64,000 nt of DNA, from positions 228,838-292,837 of the forward strand of contig JAQGDQ010002385.1 of assembly GCA_030141605.1 (NCBI GenBank), given 5' to 3'. This document shows positions 1 to 10,938 of the stretch, one piece after another; position 1 is the first letter of the stretch, and the number at the start of each line of letters is the position of its first letter. A model generated the notes under the pieces. That model had not been told where the DNA came from, did no database searches, and saw only the letters and a list, made by a program, of their open reading frames with translations. Position numbers and translations under genes: made by a program. This stretch comes from Tubiluchus corallicola (lineage: Eukaryota > Animalia > Priapulida).

Positions 1-506
1 ATATCCGGCGCAGAAACAATCTCCATCAAACATACACCCGAGCGATTTAAATCAATAAAGCTTTCCGTAGGATGCTGATCATGCAACGATTTTCCCGCAT
101 CTTGTTCCATATGAAGACGCTCTATCCGAACATGCTTCGTGCTGCCATCCGGTAAATCTAAAATAACCTCACCCTCACCAACAATCGGGTGATACAATTG
201 CGATATCTGATATCCTTGCGGTAAATCCGCGTAAAAATAGTTCTTCCGATCAAAAACAGAATATAAATTAATCTTTGCGTTAAGCCCTAGTCCTGTCCGA
301 ACCGCCTGTTCTACACAATATCTGTTCAAAACAGGTAAAACACCAGGCATCGCCGCATCCACAAACGAAACATGCATATTAGGCTCTCCGCCAAAATCAG
401 TCGACGCGCTCGAGAATAATTTCGATCGCGAAATCACCTGGCAGTGAACCTCCAGCCCAATAACAACTTCCCAATCTCCCGTTGCTCCCTCTATTTGATA
501 GCTCAT
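1..506 (-). CDS. gatB: Asp/Glu-tRNA amidotransferase subunit B (5' part; runs off window start)
   Basis: Not in the ORF track. Hand translation from ATG at 506 gives [23 protein letters not shown]...[19 protein letters not shown]; lies directly downstream of gatA. Confidence 0.97.
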   Translation of the reverse strand, partial: MSYQIEGATGDWEVVIGLEVHCQVISRSKLFSSASTDFGGEPNMHVSFVDAAMPGVLPVLNRYCVEQAVRTGLGLNAKINLYSVFDRKNYFYADLPQGYQISQLYHPIVGEGEVILDLPDGSTKHVRIERLHMEQDAGKSLHDQHPTESFIDLNRSGVCLMEIVSAPD

Positions 507-520
507 CGTTGGCTCCCTTC

Positions 521-1993
521 TTACTTCGCCTGCGGCAAGCTATTAAAATTAGCTCGTTGTTCTAAAATATGCGCTCCACGGAAAACAGACTCTTCCTCCC
601 AGTGGCGGCCAACCAATTGAAGTCCCAAAGGCAGCCCTTCACTATCAAGGCTACATGGAACCGAAATCGCCGGCAATCCCGCTAAACTAATTGGCACCGT
701 AAATATATCGTTTAAATACATTGATATCGTATCTTTTTCTTTCTTCTCAAAACCAAACGCTGCTGTCGGAGCTGTCGGCGTCAACAATAAATCAACATTC
801 GAAAAAACACGATGAAAGTCTTCCACAATCAAGCGACGAACACGCTGCGCCTTCGTATAATAAGCATCATAAAAACCAGATGATAGTACATACGTCCCAA
901 TCATAATACGACGGCGAACCTCCGAGCCAAATCCCTCACGGCGCGTATTCATATACATATCATCAAGCGTTTCTCCATCAATACGCAACCCATAACGAAC
1001 GCCATCATAACGCGCCAAGTTCGCCGATGCTTCCGCCGGCGCGATAATATAATAGACAGGAAGTGCATATCGCGTATAAGGAAGCGAAACCTCAACAACT
1101 TCCGCACCCTCCTCCTGAAGCCACAAAGCCCCTCGCTCCCAAAAACGAAGAAGCTCCTCAGGCATACCATCTACCTTATATTCCTTCGGAATACCTATCC
1201 GCATACCGGCGACACCCTGCTCTAGACTTTTCGTGAAATCCGGCACAGAGCGTGGAGAAGACGTCGAATCTTTGGCATCATGCCCCGCCATAACATTCAA
1301 CATCAACGCTGAATCTTCAACTGTCGTGGTCATCGGACCCGCCTGATCTAAAGAAGAGGCAAACGCAACAATTCCAAAACGAGAACAACGGCCATATGTC
1401 GGCTTCATGCCGACAATCCCTGTGAAAGCCGCTGGTTGGCGAATTGAACCCCCTGTATCCGTGCCTGTCGCTCCTAAAACAACACGCGCAGAAACAGCCG
1501 CCGCAGACCCCGACGAAGAGCCACCAGGAACACGAGGGGAGGGACTCTCACGTTTCCACGGATTTACAGCAGGCTTATAATAACTCGTCAAACCTGCCGA
1601 GCCCATCGCGAACTCGTCCAGATTCAGCTTTCCAACCATGATTGTACCCGCTGATTTTAAATTCCCCGTAACCGTCGATTCATACGAAGGAACAAAGTCA
1701 TGCAATATATGCGATCCTGCCGTTGTTAAAACGCCTTCCGTGCAAAATAAATCCTTGTTCGCTATCGGCAGACCATCCAAAACACCTAATGTCTCTCCCT
1801 TCCGGCGTCGAGCATCCGACGCATGCGCCTGCTCTAGCGCAAGATCTGGAGTTTCCGTAATAAACATATTCAAAGATCGGAAATCCTCCATCGCCTGCAA
1901 AGAAGCCTCTGTTAATTCCACAGAAGAAAATTCCCCGCAAGACAAGCCCTCAGAGGCTGATTTTAAAGATAAATCTGATAATTTCAATGTCAT
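521..1993 (-). CDS. gatA: Asp/Glu-tRNA amidotransferase subunit A
   Basis: Amidase signature [11 protein letters not shown]...[13 protein letters not shown] and the [18 protein letters not shown] motif; lies between gatC and gatB. Confidence 0.98.
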   Translation of the reverse strand: MTLKLSDLSLKSASEGLSCGEFSSVELTEASLQAMEDFRSLNMFITETPDLALEQAHASDARRRKGETLGVLDGLPIANKDLFCTEGVLTTAGSHILHDFVPSYESTVTGNLKSAGTIMVGKLNLDEFAMGSAGLTSYYKPAVNPWKRESPSPRVPGGSSSGSAAAVSARVVLGATGTDTGGSIRQPAAFTGIVGMKPTYGRCSRFGIVAFASSLDQAGPMTTTVEDSALMLNVMAGHDAKDSTSSPRSVPDFTKSLEQGVAGMRIGIPKEYKVDGMPEELLRFWERGALWLQEEGAEVVEVSLPYTRYALPVYYIIAPAEASANLARYDGVRYGLRIDGETLDDMYMNTRREGFGSEVRRRIMIGTYVLSSGFYDAYYTKAQRVRRLIVEDFHRVFSNVDLLLTPTAPTAAFGFEKKEKDTISMYLNDIFTVPISLAGLPAISVPCSLDSEGLPLGLQLVGRHWEEESVFRGAHILEQRANFNSLPQAK

Positions 1994-2280
1994 GACTCCA
2001 CTACCTTAGGAACTGTATAATATCCATCCTCTGACTTCACAGCATTGGAAAGAAAACGCTCACGATATCCTCCATCCATCACCTTGTCTTCTCGAAACGG
2101 CAACACAACATCCGTTACAGACGTCAATGGATCAACCTGATTTGTATCAACTTCCTGCAAAATCGTAACCCAATCCAAAATAGGCGTTAATTCGTCCACT
2201 AGAGAATCAAGCTCGTCGTCATCAATACGAATACGTGCTAAAAAAGCAATTTCTCTAACTTCTTTTCGGCTTAAAGACAT
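1990..2280 (-). CDS. gatC: Asp/Glu-tRNA amidotransferase subunit C
   Basis: IAFLARI...FREDKV...YYTVPKV motifs. Start moved to ATG 2280 (AGGAAGG SD upstream); 4-bp overlap with gatA. Confidence 0.95.
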   Translation of the reverse strand: MSLSRKEVREIAFLARIRIDDDELDSLVDELTPILDWVTILQEVDTNQVDPLTSVTDVVLPFREDKVMDGGYRERFLSNAVKSEDGYYTVPKVVES

Positions 2281-2551
2281 GATATCTACCTTCCTATAAA
2301 TTTTATCGCACACCAACAACGCTATTTTGGCAAATAAACAAGTTGTTATCAACAAATTTCAATGCACATCCCTATATTCCTAATATGTAAACAACAGAAT
2401 ATAAAACATAGAGAAAGGTTAAGAAATAGCATACATTATTTAAAAAACACAATAAAAGAAAAATTTATTCGCTAAAAACAAATTCTTTCCAAAATAGATT
2501 ACATAATAAATATTGATAATATAGATTCGAAAAACTATACTCACAAATATT

Positions 2552-3049
2552 ATGACAATCATTACAATTGACGATCTTCAAAAAATTAAAACAAACAATA
2601 ATCGATTGCTGTGCCTCGATGTCGGAAAAAAAACGATAGGACTTGCCGTCTCAGATCCTTCTTTCCTTATCGCGACTGCTTGCAAAACAATTCGACGACA
2701 AAAATTCCAGCAGGATATCGATAAAATTAAACAGCATATCGAGCAGTATCATGTTTCGGCTCTCATTGTCGGGCTCCCTCTTAACATGGACGGAACAGAA
2801 GGAAAGCAATGCCAGTCTATAAGAGATTTTACCACCCAGATGCTCCAATATATCGATATTCCCTTGGTCTTCCAAGATGAACGTCTCTCTAGCAGCGCTG
2901 TCGAGCGTCTTCTTATCTCAGAAGCGAACAGCAGTAGAAAAAAGCGCGCAAACGTCATTGATAGTCTTGCCGCCACATGGATTCTTCAAGGCGTCCTTGA
3001 TTATTTAAAACAAAGCACTTCCGCAAGGAGATTAACGAATGGAAATTAA
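2552..3049 (+). CDS. ruvX: YqgF/RuvX family nuclease (pre-16S rRNA processing)
   Basis: LDVGKKTIGLAVSD, VGLPLNMDG, DERLSS and IDSLAATWILQ motifs. Confidence 0.95.
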   Translation: MTIITIDDLQKIKTNNNRLLCLDVGKKTIGLAVSDPSFLIATACKTIRRQKFQQDIDKIKQHIEQYHVSALIVGLPLNMDGTEGKQCQSIRDFTTQMLQYIDIPLVFQDERLSSSAVERLLISEANSSRKKRANVIDSLAATWILQGVLDYLKQSTSARRLTNGN

Positions 3050-3728
3050 CATAAATCTGACCCTTCCTCAGCTTGAATCTTTCTCCTTCTCAACTGTATG
3101 GGGTGTTCTTTTCGTTGGATATATTATCGGCTCAATACCTTGCGGACTCATTCTTGCAAAAATTTCTGGATATGGCGATATCAGGAAAATCGGCTCGGGA
3201 AATATCGGCGCAACAAATGTCCTACGAACCGGCAGTAAAAAACTTGCCTTCATAACACTGCTCTGTGATGCAGGAAAAGGAATAGCCGCTGTACTCATCA
3301 TCAAAACTTTTTTCTCTCACCCACCAGAAATACCTGAATATCTGATTTATAAAAGCTTTATCCTTGAATTCGCTGGTGGATTCGGCGCTGTCTTTGGGCA
3401 TAATTTCCCATTCTGGCTTAAATTTAACGGTGGAAAAGGAGTCGCAACAAGCTTTGGGGTCCTTTTCGCGCTCTCATGGCCAGCTGGGCTCATGGCTGTC
3501 ATAACATGGCTTTTTATCGCTTTGGTCTTCAGATTTTCCTCCCTTGCCGCTATCACATCCTTTATCCTCCTTCCTATATATGCCCTCTTTGCACAAGGGC
3601 TGTTCTTCAGTATCGCATCTTGCGCCTTAAGCACTCTTGTAATCCTGCGGCACAAAAGCAACATATATAGACTCTTTACAGATTCAGAGCCTCAAATCTC
3701 TTTTAAAAGCAAAAAAACAACAGAATAG
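3039..3728 (+). CDS. plsY: Glycerol-3-phosphate 1-O-acyltransferase
   Basis: GSIP, DIRKIGSGNIGATNVLR, GHNFP, GGKGVAT and RHKSNI motifs; hydrophobic. Confidence 0.97.
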   Translation: MEININLTLPQLESFSFSTVWGVLFVGYIIGSIPCGLILAKISGYGDIRKIGSGNIGATNVLRTGSKKLAFITLLCDAGKGIAAVLIIKTFFSHPPEIPEYLIYKSFILEFAGGFGAVFGHNFPFWLKFNGGKGVATSFGVLFALSWPAGLMAVITWLFIALVFRFSSLAAITSFILLPIYALFAQGLFFSIASCALSTLVILRHKSNIYRLFTDSEPQISFKSKKTTE

Positions 3729-3886
3729 CAATTTCTACAAAAATGTCCCTTTCGGCAAAAAAGGTAGATTAAGTTTTTATAAATAGATATAATAATTAAT
3801 CTATAGCAGACAGCACTAAAAAATATCGACCTGTAAAAAATACACAAAATACACTTCTATTTTTGTGTCCAAGGGAGCATATAACC

Positions 3887-5035
3887 ATGAATAAAAATAC
3901 AGTGCAGGAACCACCAAAGCGACAATTATCACAACAAGAAAAATTCGACTGGCTTCGACTCAGCCTCAGTGAAAATGTCGGCCCTATTACATTTTTTAAA
4001 CTATTAGAGCGTTTCAGCAGCGCAAAAGCCGCTCTTGAGGAATTGCCAACCCTCGCAAAACTCGGTGGAAAAACTAAAAAAATCAAGTTGTTTTCTAAAA
4101 AAAATACTGAAAAAATTATCCACTTCTGCGAGCAAAACAACATTCACATAGAGGCTTTTCCAGAAGAGCATTATCCAACGCTTCTCCGCTATATTGAAGA
4201 TGCGCCTCCTCTTCTCTTTGTCCGCGGGAAAAAACATCTCCTTACAAAAAAATCAGTCGCTATTGTCGGCGCAAGAAACGCTTCAATCAATGGGCAAAAA
4301 ATAACTCACGATATCACTAAGAATCTTGGGGAAGCTGGATTCCTGACCGTATCTGGAATGGCACGCGGAATCGATACCGCCGCTCATAACGCCGCTATCA
4401 ATAAAGGAACAGCCGCAGTTCTCGCCGGAGGAGTCGATATTGTATATCCATCAGAAAACCAAGATCTCTACGAAGAAATTCTACATATCGGTGTCGCCTT
4501 TTCCGAATCGCCACCTAAAACACAACCCATCGCGCGACACTTTCCACGCAGAAACAGGCTTATCTCTGGTATGTGTCGTGGAATCATTATCATCGAAGCT
4601 TCCATAAAATCCGGCTCTCTCATTACTGCAAAAATGGCTCTGGAGCAAGGGCGCGAGGTTTTTTCCGTTCCCGGCTCACCCCTTGATCCAAGAGCAAAAG
4701 GAACAAATATGCTGATAAAAGAAGGCGCGATTCTCGCCGAAGACGCTGGCGACATTCTGCCCACTCTTAACAAGTTACATCACTCTCCTATTGCTGACAG
4801 AATCATCTCATACCAGCTGGATTCATCACTCCATATTTCTCCTCACGAAACAGAAATCGCCAGAAATACAATCATTGAAAAACTTAGCCCCATTCCCACA
4901 TCTATGAATGAACTTCTCAATCAATCCTCTTTTTCACCTGCTCTTATATCCCTTGTTCTCCTTGAATTAGAGCTTGCTGGAAAACTGCAAAGACATCCTG
5001 GTGATAAAGTTAGTCTCATTGGAAGCTTGCAATAA
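3887..5035 (+). CDS. dprA: DNA-processing protein DprA
   Basis: VAIVGARNAS, VSGMARGIDTAAH, HFPRRNRLISG and GREVFSVPGSP motifs. Start ATG 3887 follows an AAGGGAG SD. Confidence 0.96.
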   Translation: MNKNTVQEPPKRQLSQQEKFDWLRLSLSENVGPITFFKLLERFSSAKAALEELPTLAKLGGKTKKIKLFSKKNTEKIIHFCEQNNIHIEAFPEEHYPTLLRYIEDAPPLLFVRGKKHLLTKKSVAIVGARNASINGQKITHDITKNLGEAGFLTVSGMARGIDTAAHNAAINKGTAAVLAGGVDIVYPSENQDLYEEILHIGVAFSESPPKTQPIARHFPRRNRLISGMCRGIIIIEASIKSGSLITAKMALEQGREVFSVPGSPLDPRAKGTNMLIKEGAILAEDAGDILPTLNKLHHSPIADRIISYQLDSSLHISPHETEIARNTIIEKLSPIPTSMNELLNQSSFSPALISLVLLELELAGKLQRHPGDKVSLIGSLQ

Positions 5036-5118
5036 AATTAAAACATGGTAATAAAAGAAACAGAATCGATAAATTAAAATAAAATACTGAAAATTACAAA
5101 AAATGGACTATAGATACA

Positions 5119-7587
5119 ATGGACGTTGTTATTGTTGAATCACCCGCAAAAGCGAAAACAATCAATAAATATCTTGGCGATAATTATAAAGTTCTCGCAA
5201 GCTATGGACACATAAGAGATCTGCCAGCGAAAGACGGATCTGTCCTCCCTGATGAAAATTTCTCGATGTTATGGCAAGAAGATGAAAAATCATCAAAACA
5301 TATCAAAGAGATCATAAGCGCTATCAAAAATGCCGATACCCTCTTCCTCGCAACCGACCCAGACCGCGAGGGAGAAGCCATCTCATGGCACGTTCTGCAA
5401 GTCCTTATCAATAAAGAAAAAATTAAACAGAAAAATATTAAACGCGTCGTCTTTAATGAAATTACAAAAAACGCCATCTTAGACGCTTTTAAAAACCCAA
5501 GAGACCTCGATCAACAACTTATCGACGCTTACTTGGCGCGGCGTGCTCTGGACTATCTTGTTGGGTTCACCCTCTCGCCTGTCTTATGGAGGAAATTACC
5601 CGGAAGCCGATCCGCAGGGCGAGTCCAGTCTGTCGCTCTTAAGCTTATCTGTGAGCGCGAAATTGAAATCAAACAATTTATCCCACAAGAATATTGGACT
5701 ATAAACGGAACATTCCTAACAGAAAAAAATGAGCCCCTGCCCGCTCAACTGTCTATCCTGAATAATGAAAAGATCGAAAAATTCTCCTTGAAAAATAAAG
5801 AGCAAGCCGAAAAAGCCATCGCTCTCATCCAACAACAAAACTTCCACATTCATGCAATCAAAAAACGGCAGGTGAAACGATCCCCAACTCCTCCATTTAT
5901 TACTTCCACATTACAGCAAAGCGCCGCAAGACAGCTCTATTTTTCAACAAAGCGAACCATGCAGGTCGCGCAAAAACTCTATGAGGGAATTCCCATCAGC
6001 GGCGAAACAACCGGTCTGATAACCTACATGCGAACAGATAGTACACAAGTCTCAACAAGCGCTATCCAAGCCTGTAGAAAAACAATCGAAAAACTTTATA
6101 ATAAAGACTACCTGCCCGAAAAACCACGCGCATGGAAATCCAGCACCCGAAACGCACAAGAAGCTCACGAAGCTATCCGACCAACCGATATCTCAAAAAC
6201 ACCTCAACAACTTGCCTCATGGCTCAGCGCTGAACAATTAAAACTCTATACACTCATATGGAAACAAACACTCGCAAGCCAAATGGCAAACGCTCTTATT
6301 GATCAAGTAACAATCGACATCGCATCTAAAGACAATACTCATTTCAAAACAACAGGCTCTACAATTGCTTTCGACGGCTTTATGGCGCTCCATAAAGAAA
6401 CCGAAAAAAAAGACCAAACCCTTCCTCCTCTTCAAGAAGGAAATACCCTGACAACAAAAAATATCGACCCGCAGCAGCATTTTACACAGCCTCCACCACG
6501 GTATTCCGAAGCATCCCTAGTACAAAAACTTGAAGAGCTTGGAATCGGAAGACCATCTACATACGCTTCCATCATATCTGTCTTACAAGATCGAAATTAT
6601 GTCCATCTAGAAAAAAGGCGATTTATACCAGAAGATCGTGGGCAACTCGTAACCGCCTTTCTCAGTAAATTTTTCACGCAATATATCGCTTATGACTTCA
6701 CCGCCGAGCTAGAGCGAAAACTTGACGATATCGCCAGCGGGCGCGCGTCATGGAAAGTCATCCTTACCGAGTTTTGGAAACAGTTCAACGATGACGTCAC
6801 AAAAACAAAAGACCTCAAAATACAGGAAGTTCTCGAAACACTTAACCAGCAGCTCAGTATTCACTTCATCGGTGAGGATACCTCATGCCCCCAGTGTAAA
6901 GAAGGAACCCTTGGTTTTAAAGTCGGAAAGTTCGGCGCCTTCATCGGATGTTCACACTATCCGGAGTGTCGCTATACACGGCAGCTTAACCAGGAGGAAG
7001 ACGTATCCCCTTCTGGAAATAGCGACTGTATATCTCTCGGGAATCATCCAGATACGCAAAAGCCTATCCTGTTGCGAAAAGGGCCTTACGGACACTATGT
7101 GCAAATGGGCGATATAGAAGAAGAAAAACCAAAGCGGGTTTCGCTTCCTAAAGATATGTCTCCAGATATTATTAATTCTGAAATCGCTATTGGCCTTCTG
7201 TCCCTTCCTAAAGATATGGGTTTCCACCCAGCAACCAACGATAAAATCTCTGTAGGGCTAGGACGATACGGGCCTTACGTAAAATATGGTAGCAATTTCG
7301 TATCTTTAACAAAAGATGACAATATTCTTACCATAACACGAGCGCGCGCCATTGAGCTTATTGACGAATCACAGGCCAAAAATCCTACTACTCTCCTTGG
7401 AAACCATCCTAAAAATAAAAAGCCCGTCACCCTTAAAAAAGGGCGGTGGGGATTTTATGTTCAAAATGGCAAACTGCGGGCTCCCGTTCCTAAAACTACC
7501 GACGAAAATAACGTAACTCTTGAAGACGCTCTTAAGTGGCTTGAAAAAAAAGAAGCCGCCAGCAAAAAAACAAAGGCTAAAAAGTAG
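5119..7587 (+). CDS. topA: DNA topoisomerase I
   Basis: IVESPAKAKTI, ATDPDREGEAI, SAGRVQS and catalytic ITYMRTD; one C4 zinc ribbon plus C-terminal repeats (GPYG, GRYGPYV). Confidence 0.98.
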   Translation: MDVVIVESPAKAKTINKYLGDNYKVLASYGHIRDLPAKDGSVLPDENFSMLWQEDEKSSKHIKEIISAIKNADTLFLATDPDREGEAISWHVLQVLINKEKIKQKNIKRVVFNEITKNAILDAFKNPRDLDQQLIDAYLARRALDYLVGFTLSPVLWRKLPGSRSAGRVQSVALKLICEREIEIKQFIPQEYWTINGTFLTEKNEPLPAQLSILNNEKIEKFSLKNKEQAEKAIALIQQQNFHIHAIKKRQVKRSPTPPFITSTLQQSAARQLYFSTKRTMQVAQKLYEGIPISGETTGLITYMRTDSTQVSTSAIQACRKTIEKLYNKDYLPEKPRAWKSSTRNAQEAHEAIRPTDISKTPQQLASWLSAEQLKLYTLIWKQTLASQMANALIDQVTIDIASKDNTHFKTTGSTIAFDGFMALHKETEKKDQTLPPLQEGNTLTTKNIDPQQHFTQPPPRYSEASLVQKLEELGIGRPSTYASIISVLQDRNYVHLEKRRFIPEDRGQLVTAFLSKFFTQYIAYDFTAELERKLDDIASGRASWKVILTEFWKQFNDDVTKTKDLKIQEVLETLNQQLSIHFIGEDTSCPQCKEGTLGFKVGKFGAFIGCSHYPECRYTRQLNQEEDVSPSGNSDCISLGNHPDTQKPILLRKGPYGHYVQMGDIEEEKPKRVSLPKDMSPDIINSEIAIGLLSLPKDMGFHPATNDKISVGLGRYGPYVKYGSNFVSLTKDDNILTITRARAIELIDESQAKNPTTLLGNHPKNKKPVTLKKGRWGFYVQNGKLRAPVPKTTDENNVTLEDALKWLEKKEAASKKTKAKK

Positions 7588-7626
7588 AAAAAACAGCGGG
7601 AAAAATCATAAGAATTATGATCTCGC

Positions 7627-7663
7627 AAAAGTGCCCTCTACTCTATGAGTAAAGCGCACTTTT
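7627..7663. terminator. Hairpin between convergent topA and mmsA, probable bidirectional terminator
   Basis: AAAAGTGCCCTCTACTC-tat-GAGTAAAGCGCACTTTT: 15/17 bp inverted repeat with A-tract and T-tract ends. Confidence 0.6.
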
Positions 7664-7824
7664 AAAATCACCAGCTTTACAGGCGGATCATTTACCATGG
7701 AGATTACTCCTGAAAACCGTTCCGCTTTAATTCAGCTTAAAACTCAATAACAAACAGATAGTCCCGCTGAATCTCTAAAAAAGCAGAACGCTAAGAAATC
7801 TCTATAGTAAACGAGAACAAACCG

Positions 7825-9327
7825 CTATTTTAAAGTCGGCATGGCAAATTCCGCCTCCTTGCCAATCGAGCCCGGCCACCGCTGCGTCACTGTCTTTTGG
7901 CGCGTATAAAACCTTACACCTTCCATACCATGAATATGCATATCACCAAAAAGAGACTCTTTCCACCCCCCAAAGCTATGGTAAGCAACCGGCACAGGAA
8001 TAGGAACATTAACTCCTACCATACCCGCCTCTACACGCGACGCGAAAACATGAGCGATCTCTCCATCCCGTGTAAAAACCGCCGCTCCATTTCCATAACG
8101 ATGTGCATTGACAAGACGTAAAGCTTCCTCAAAACCATCCGCGCGAACAATACATAGCACAGGACCAAATATCTCCTCCTGATAAATATCCATATGAGGC
8201 TTGACATGGTCAAATAAACATCCTCCTAAAAAATATCCCTCTTCATGGCCTGCCGGCGGGCGAAAAGAACGACCATCAACAACCAGTGACGCCCCTTCTT
8301 CAACACCTCGGTTGACCCAAGTAACAACCCGATCAAGATGCGCACGGGAGACAAGCGGCCCCATCTCGGCATCTTTGTCCGTAAAAGGCCCCACTTTCAA
8401 CAAACGAACCGCTTCCGATAAACGCTCAACAAGCTTATCCGCAACAGAATCTTCTGTAGTAACCGCGACAGAAATCGCCATACAACGCTCTCCTGCTGAG
8501 CCATAGCCAGCTCCCATCAAAGCATTCACAACCTGATCCATATCAGCATCCGGCAAAATAACCATATGATTCTTCGCGCCCGTTAACGCCTGCACCCGTT
8601 TCCCATTCTCCGCGCACTGCTTGTAAACATGCCTTCCAACCGGTGTCGAGCCCACAAAACTAACCGCCTTTACAAGCGGATGCTCCATTAACGCTTCTCC
8701 TGCTTCCTGATCGCCTGAGATAACATTGAAAACACCTGGCGGAAAACCTGCCTCACTCGCCAGCTCCGCAAAACGAAACGCACAAGAAGGAACTTCCGGA
8801 GAAGCCTTTAAAACAAACGTATTTCCACACGCAACCGCAAGAGGAAACATCCATAACGGAACCATTGCCGGAAAATTAAACGGAACAATTCCCGTACAAA
8901 CCCCAAGAGGCTGGCGCATATCCCAACTGTTAATCCCTGTTCCAACCCCTTCACTGTAACTTCCTTTAAGCAAATGAGGAATGCCACACGCAAACTCTAT
9001 TACCTCCATTCCACGCGTTAAAGAACCGCGCGCGTCATCCAGTAATTTACCGTGCTCCAAAGAAATTAAAGAAACAAGCTCCTCTGAATGCGCTTCTAAA
9101 AGCGCCTTATAGCGACATAAAATACGCGCGCGACGAAGAGGCGTAACAGACGACCAAGATAAAAAAGCCCGCGCCGCCGATTCAACAGCGAAATTAACCT
9201 CCTCAGAATTCGCTAAAGGAACAGACCCAACAATATATCCTGTCGCTGGATTTGTTACATCAAAAAAACGGCCTGAACGCCCCTCTACATGCTTTCCATC
9301 AATGAAATATTTTAACGTTTTTGACAT
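7825..9327 (-). CDS. mmsA: CoA-acylating (methyl)malonate-semialdehyde dehydrogenase (IolA/MmsA)
   Basis: PFNFPAMVPLW, VSFVGST, GAKNHMV, catalytic GERCMA, EEIFGP and C-terminal MPTL. Confidence 0.95.
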   Translation of the reverse strand: MSKTLKYFIDGKHVEGRSGRFFDVTNPATGYIVGSVPLANSEEVNFAVESAARAFLSWSSVTPLRRARILCRYKALLEAHSEELVSLISLEHGKLLDDARGSLTRGMEVIEFACGIPHLLKGSYSEGVGTGINSWDMRQPLGVCTGIVPFNFPAMVPLWMFPLAVACGNTFVLKASPEVPSCAFRFAELASEAGFPPGVFNVISGDQEAGEALMEHPLVKAVSFVGSTPVGRHVYKQCAENGKRVQALTGAKNHMVILPDADMDQVVNALMGAGYGSAGERCMAISVAVTTEDSVADKLVERLSEAVRLLKVGPFTDKDAEMGPLVSRAHLDRVVTWVNRGVEEGASLVVDGRSFRPPAGHEEGYFLGGCLFDHVKPHMDIYQEEIFGPVLCIVRADGFEEALRLVNAHRYGNGAAVFTRDGEIAHVFASRVEAGMVGVNVPIPVPVAYHSFGGWKESLFGDMHIHGMEGVRFYTRQKTVTQRWPGSIGKEAEFAMPTLK

Positions 9328-9505
9328 TTTTATGCTTCCAATTCTATTTTTTCTGAAATATTGCCTTCCCTACTTTGAGAATAATAGTACAGCTCTTTAC
9401 TCATGAGTTACTAAAAAGATCCAAGCTTCAAGTAACAGCTTACCACTATAAGATCATATTTTTACCATATTATTTTCAATGTGAAAACCAACCTTAATTA
9501 AAATT

Positions 9506-10369
9506 TTAGGACGCAGCCTTTTTCGCATCTAAACGTTCTCCAAGCGAAATGACAAGACTCTGTACAAGACATAACGGCCCCAACAGTGAGCGAAATGACG
9601 AATCCTTACGTTCTCGCACTTCAAAAGTAATATGAGCATACGAAGATATCCCCCCTAAACAACTTTCCGTAATCGCTACAACAGGAATATTTTTCGCGCT
9701 TTTTTCTAAAACAATATCAAAAATATCTTGAGTACAAGGTGAAAAATTCACCACGATAACCATATCATCCTGACTAATAAAACGACACTGGCTCTTTGTC
9801 ATTCCCCCGATACCGTCAATCAAAATGGATTTCTTTCCTAAATTTCTTAAAGCATAATTCATATAAAAGACAACTGGAAACGAACGATCATTTCCTAAAA
9901 GATAAATCGTCTCACAATTATTCATCAATAATACCGCTTCTTCTATAGCCTCCTGAGAAGTATAACTCTTTAAATAAGATAAATCCTCAATTCCTTCATC
10001 GACACAATTATGCAGAGCTGATAAATACTCTTTATTGGATTTAGGCATTTGAAACGCCGATATACGCTCTCTATACGATGGAATATCCATCATTAAATGA
10101 TCTTTAAACAGCTTCTGTAAATCACTATATCCTCGAAAACCAAACGTTTGAGCAAAACGAACAATACATGACGGCTGAACACCTATACGTCTCGCCAATG
10201 TCGTAATCGTCTCAAGAGCGACCTCCTCTGTATGAGACATCATAAAACAAGCAACCTTCTTCAGTTGACGACTCAGTCCATCAAAGCGATCAGATATCTC
10301 TCGTTGAAATACATAAAGAGATAATTCCTGAGAATTTTCTGTTGATTTTTCCAAATAAACTTTTCCCAT
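9506..10369 (-). CDS. MurR/RpiR family transcriptional regulator (IolR-like)
   Basis: N-terminal HTH (LSRQLKKVA...VQPSCIVRFAQTFGFRGYSDLQ) plus SIS domain (RSFPV, FRSL). Start ATG 10369 follows a GGAGGAGG SD. Confidence 0.9.
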   Translation of the reverse strand: MGKVYLEKSTENSQELSLYVFQREISDRFDGLSRQLKKVACFMMSHTEEVALETITTLARRIGVQPSCIVRFAQTFGFRGYSDLQKLFKDHLMMDIPSYRERISAFQMPKSNKEYLSALHNCVDEGIEDLSYLKSYTSQEAIEEAVLLMNNCETIYLLGNDRSFPVVFYMNYALRNLGKKSILIDGIGGMTKSQCRFISQDDMVIVVNFSPCTQDIFDIVLEKSAKNIPVVAITESCLGGISSYAHITFEVRERKDSSFRSLLGPLCLVQSLVISLGERLDAKKAAS

Positions 10370-10700
10370 GAAAAACACCTCCTCCCTTAACATGTTTTAA
10401 AGTTAAGAAGGGCACCGGCATATCAAAGAGAGCTGATAAATTTAGTCAGACTTAGAAAAGCAACCTGAGACGATATAAGGATGTTCCACTAAATAACGAA
10501 TAACCCAACTGAAAAACATTTTAAAATATAATGTAAAAAGTTTGCAATAAGTCGCTAGCATAAAAACACTGTGAATCATAAACAAGATTACCAAAACAAT
10601 TCAGCTAGGCGAAAATTCACTCTCGCGCATTATAATATGCAAATTCATACTACCCTAACCTTTCTTTATATATTCTTAATTATTTAAATAGTACCGTATA

Positions 10701-10732
10701 GAAAGCATATTTTCAAATGAAAACATGCTTTC
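10701..10732. promoter_or_regulatory. Near-perfect 32-bp palindrome, candidate tandem RpiR/IolR operator
   Basis: GAAAGCATATTTTCA-aa-TGAAAACATGCTTTC (14/15 arms); each half is GAAA-N6-TTTC. Confidence 0.55.
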
Positions 10733-10938
10733 ATTATACTTTAATAATAGCTTAAATTCAAATATATTCGCTGTTTTCTATGCCTATGATACCATTGCCT
10801 GTTCGCGAACACACCTTTACAGCAAAATAGCATCAAGTATATAGTAAACAATCACTTATAGTGAATAAGCTTTAATAAATCCATAAGATTTTATACTCAT
10901 ACTATGGCTATCGTTATTTCAAAAAAATTGGATATTAA

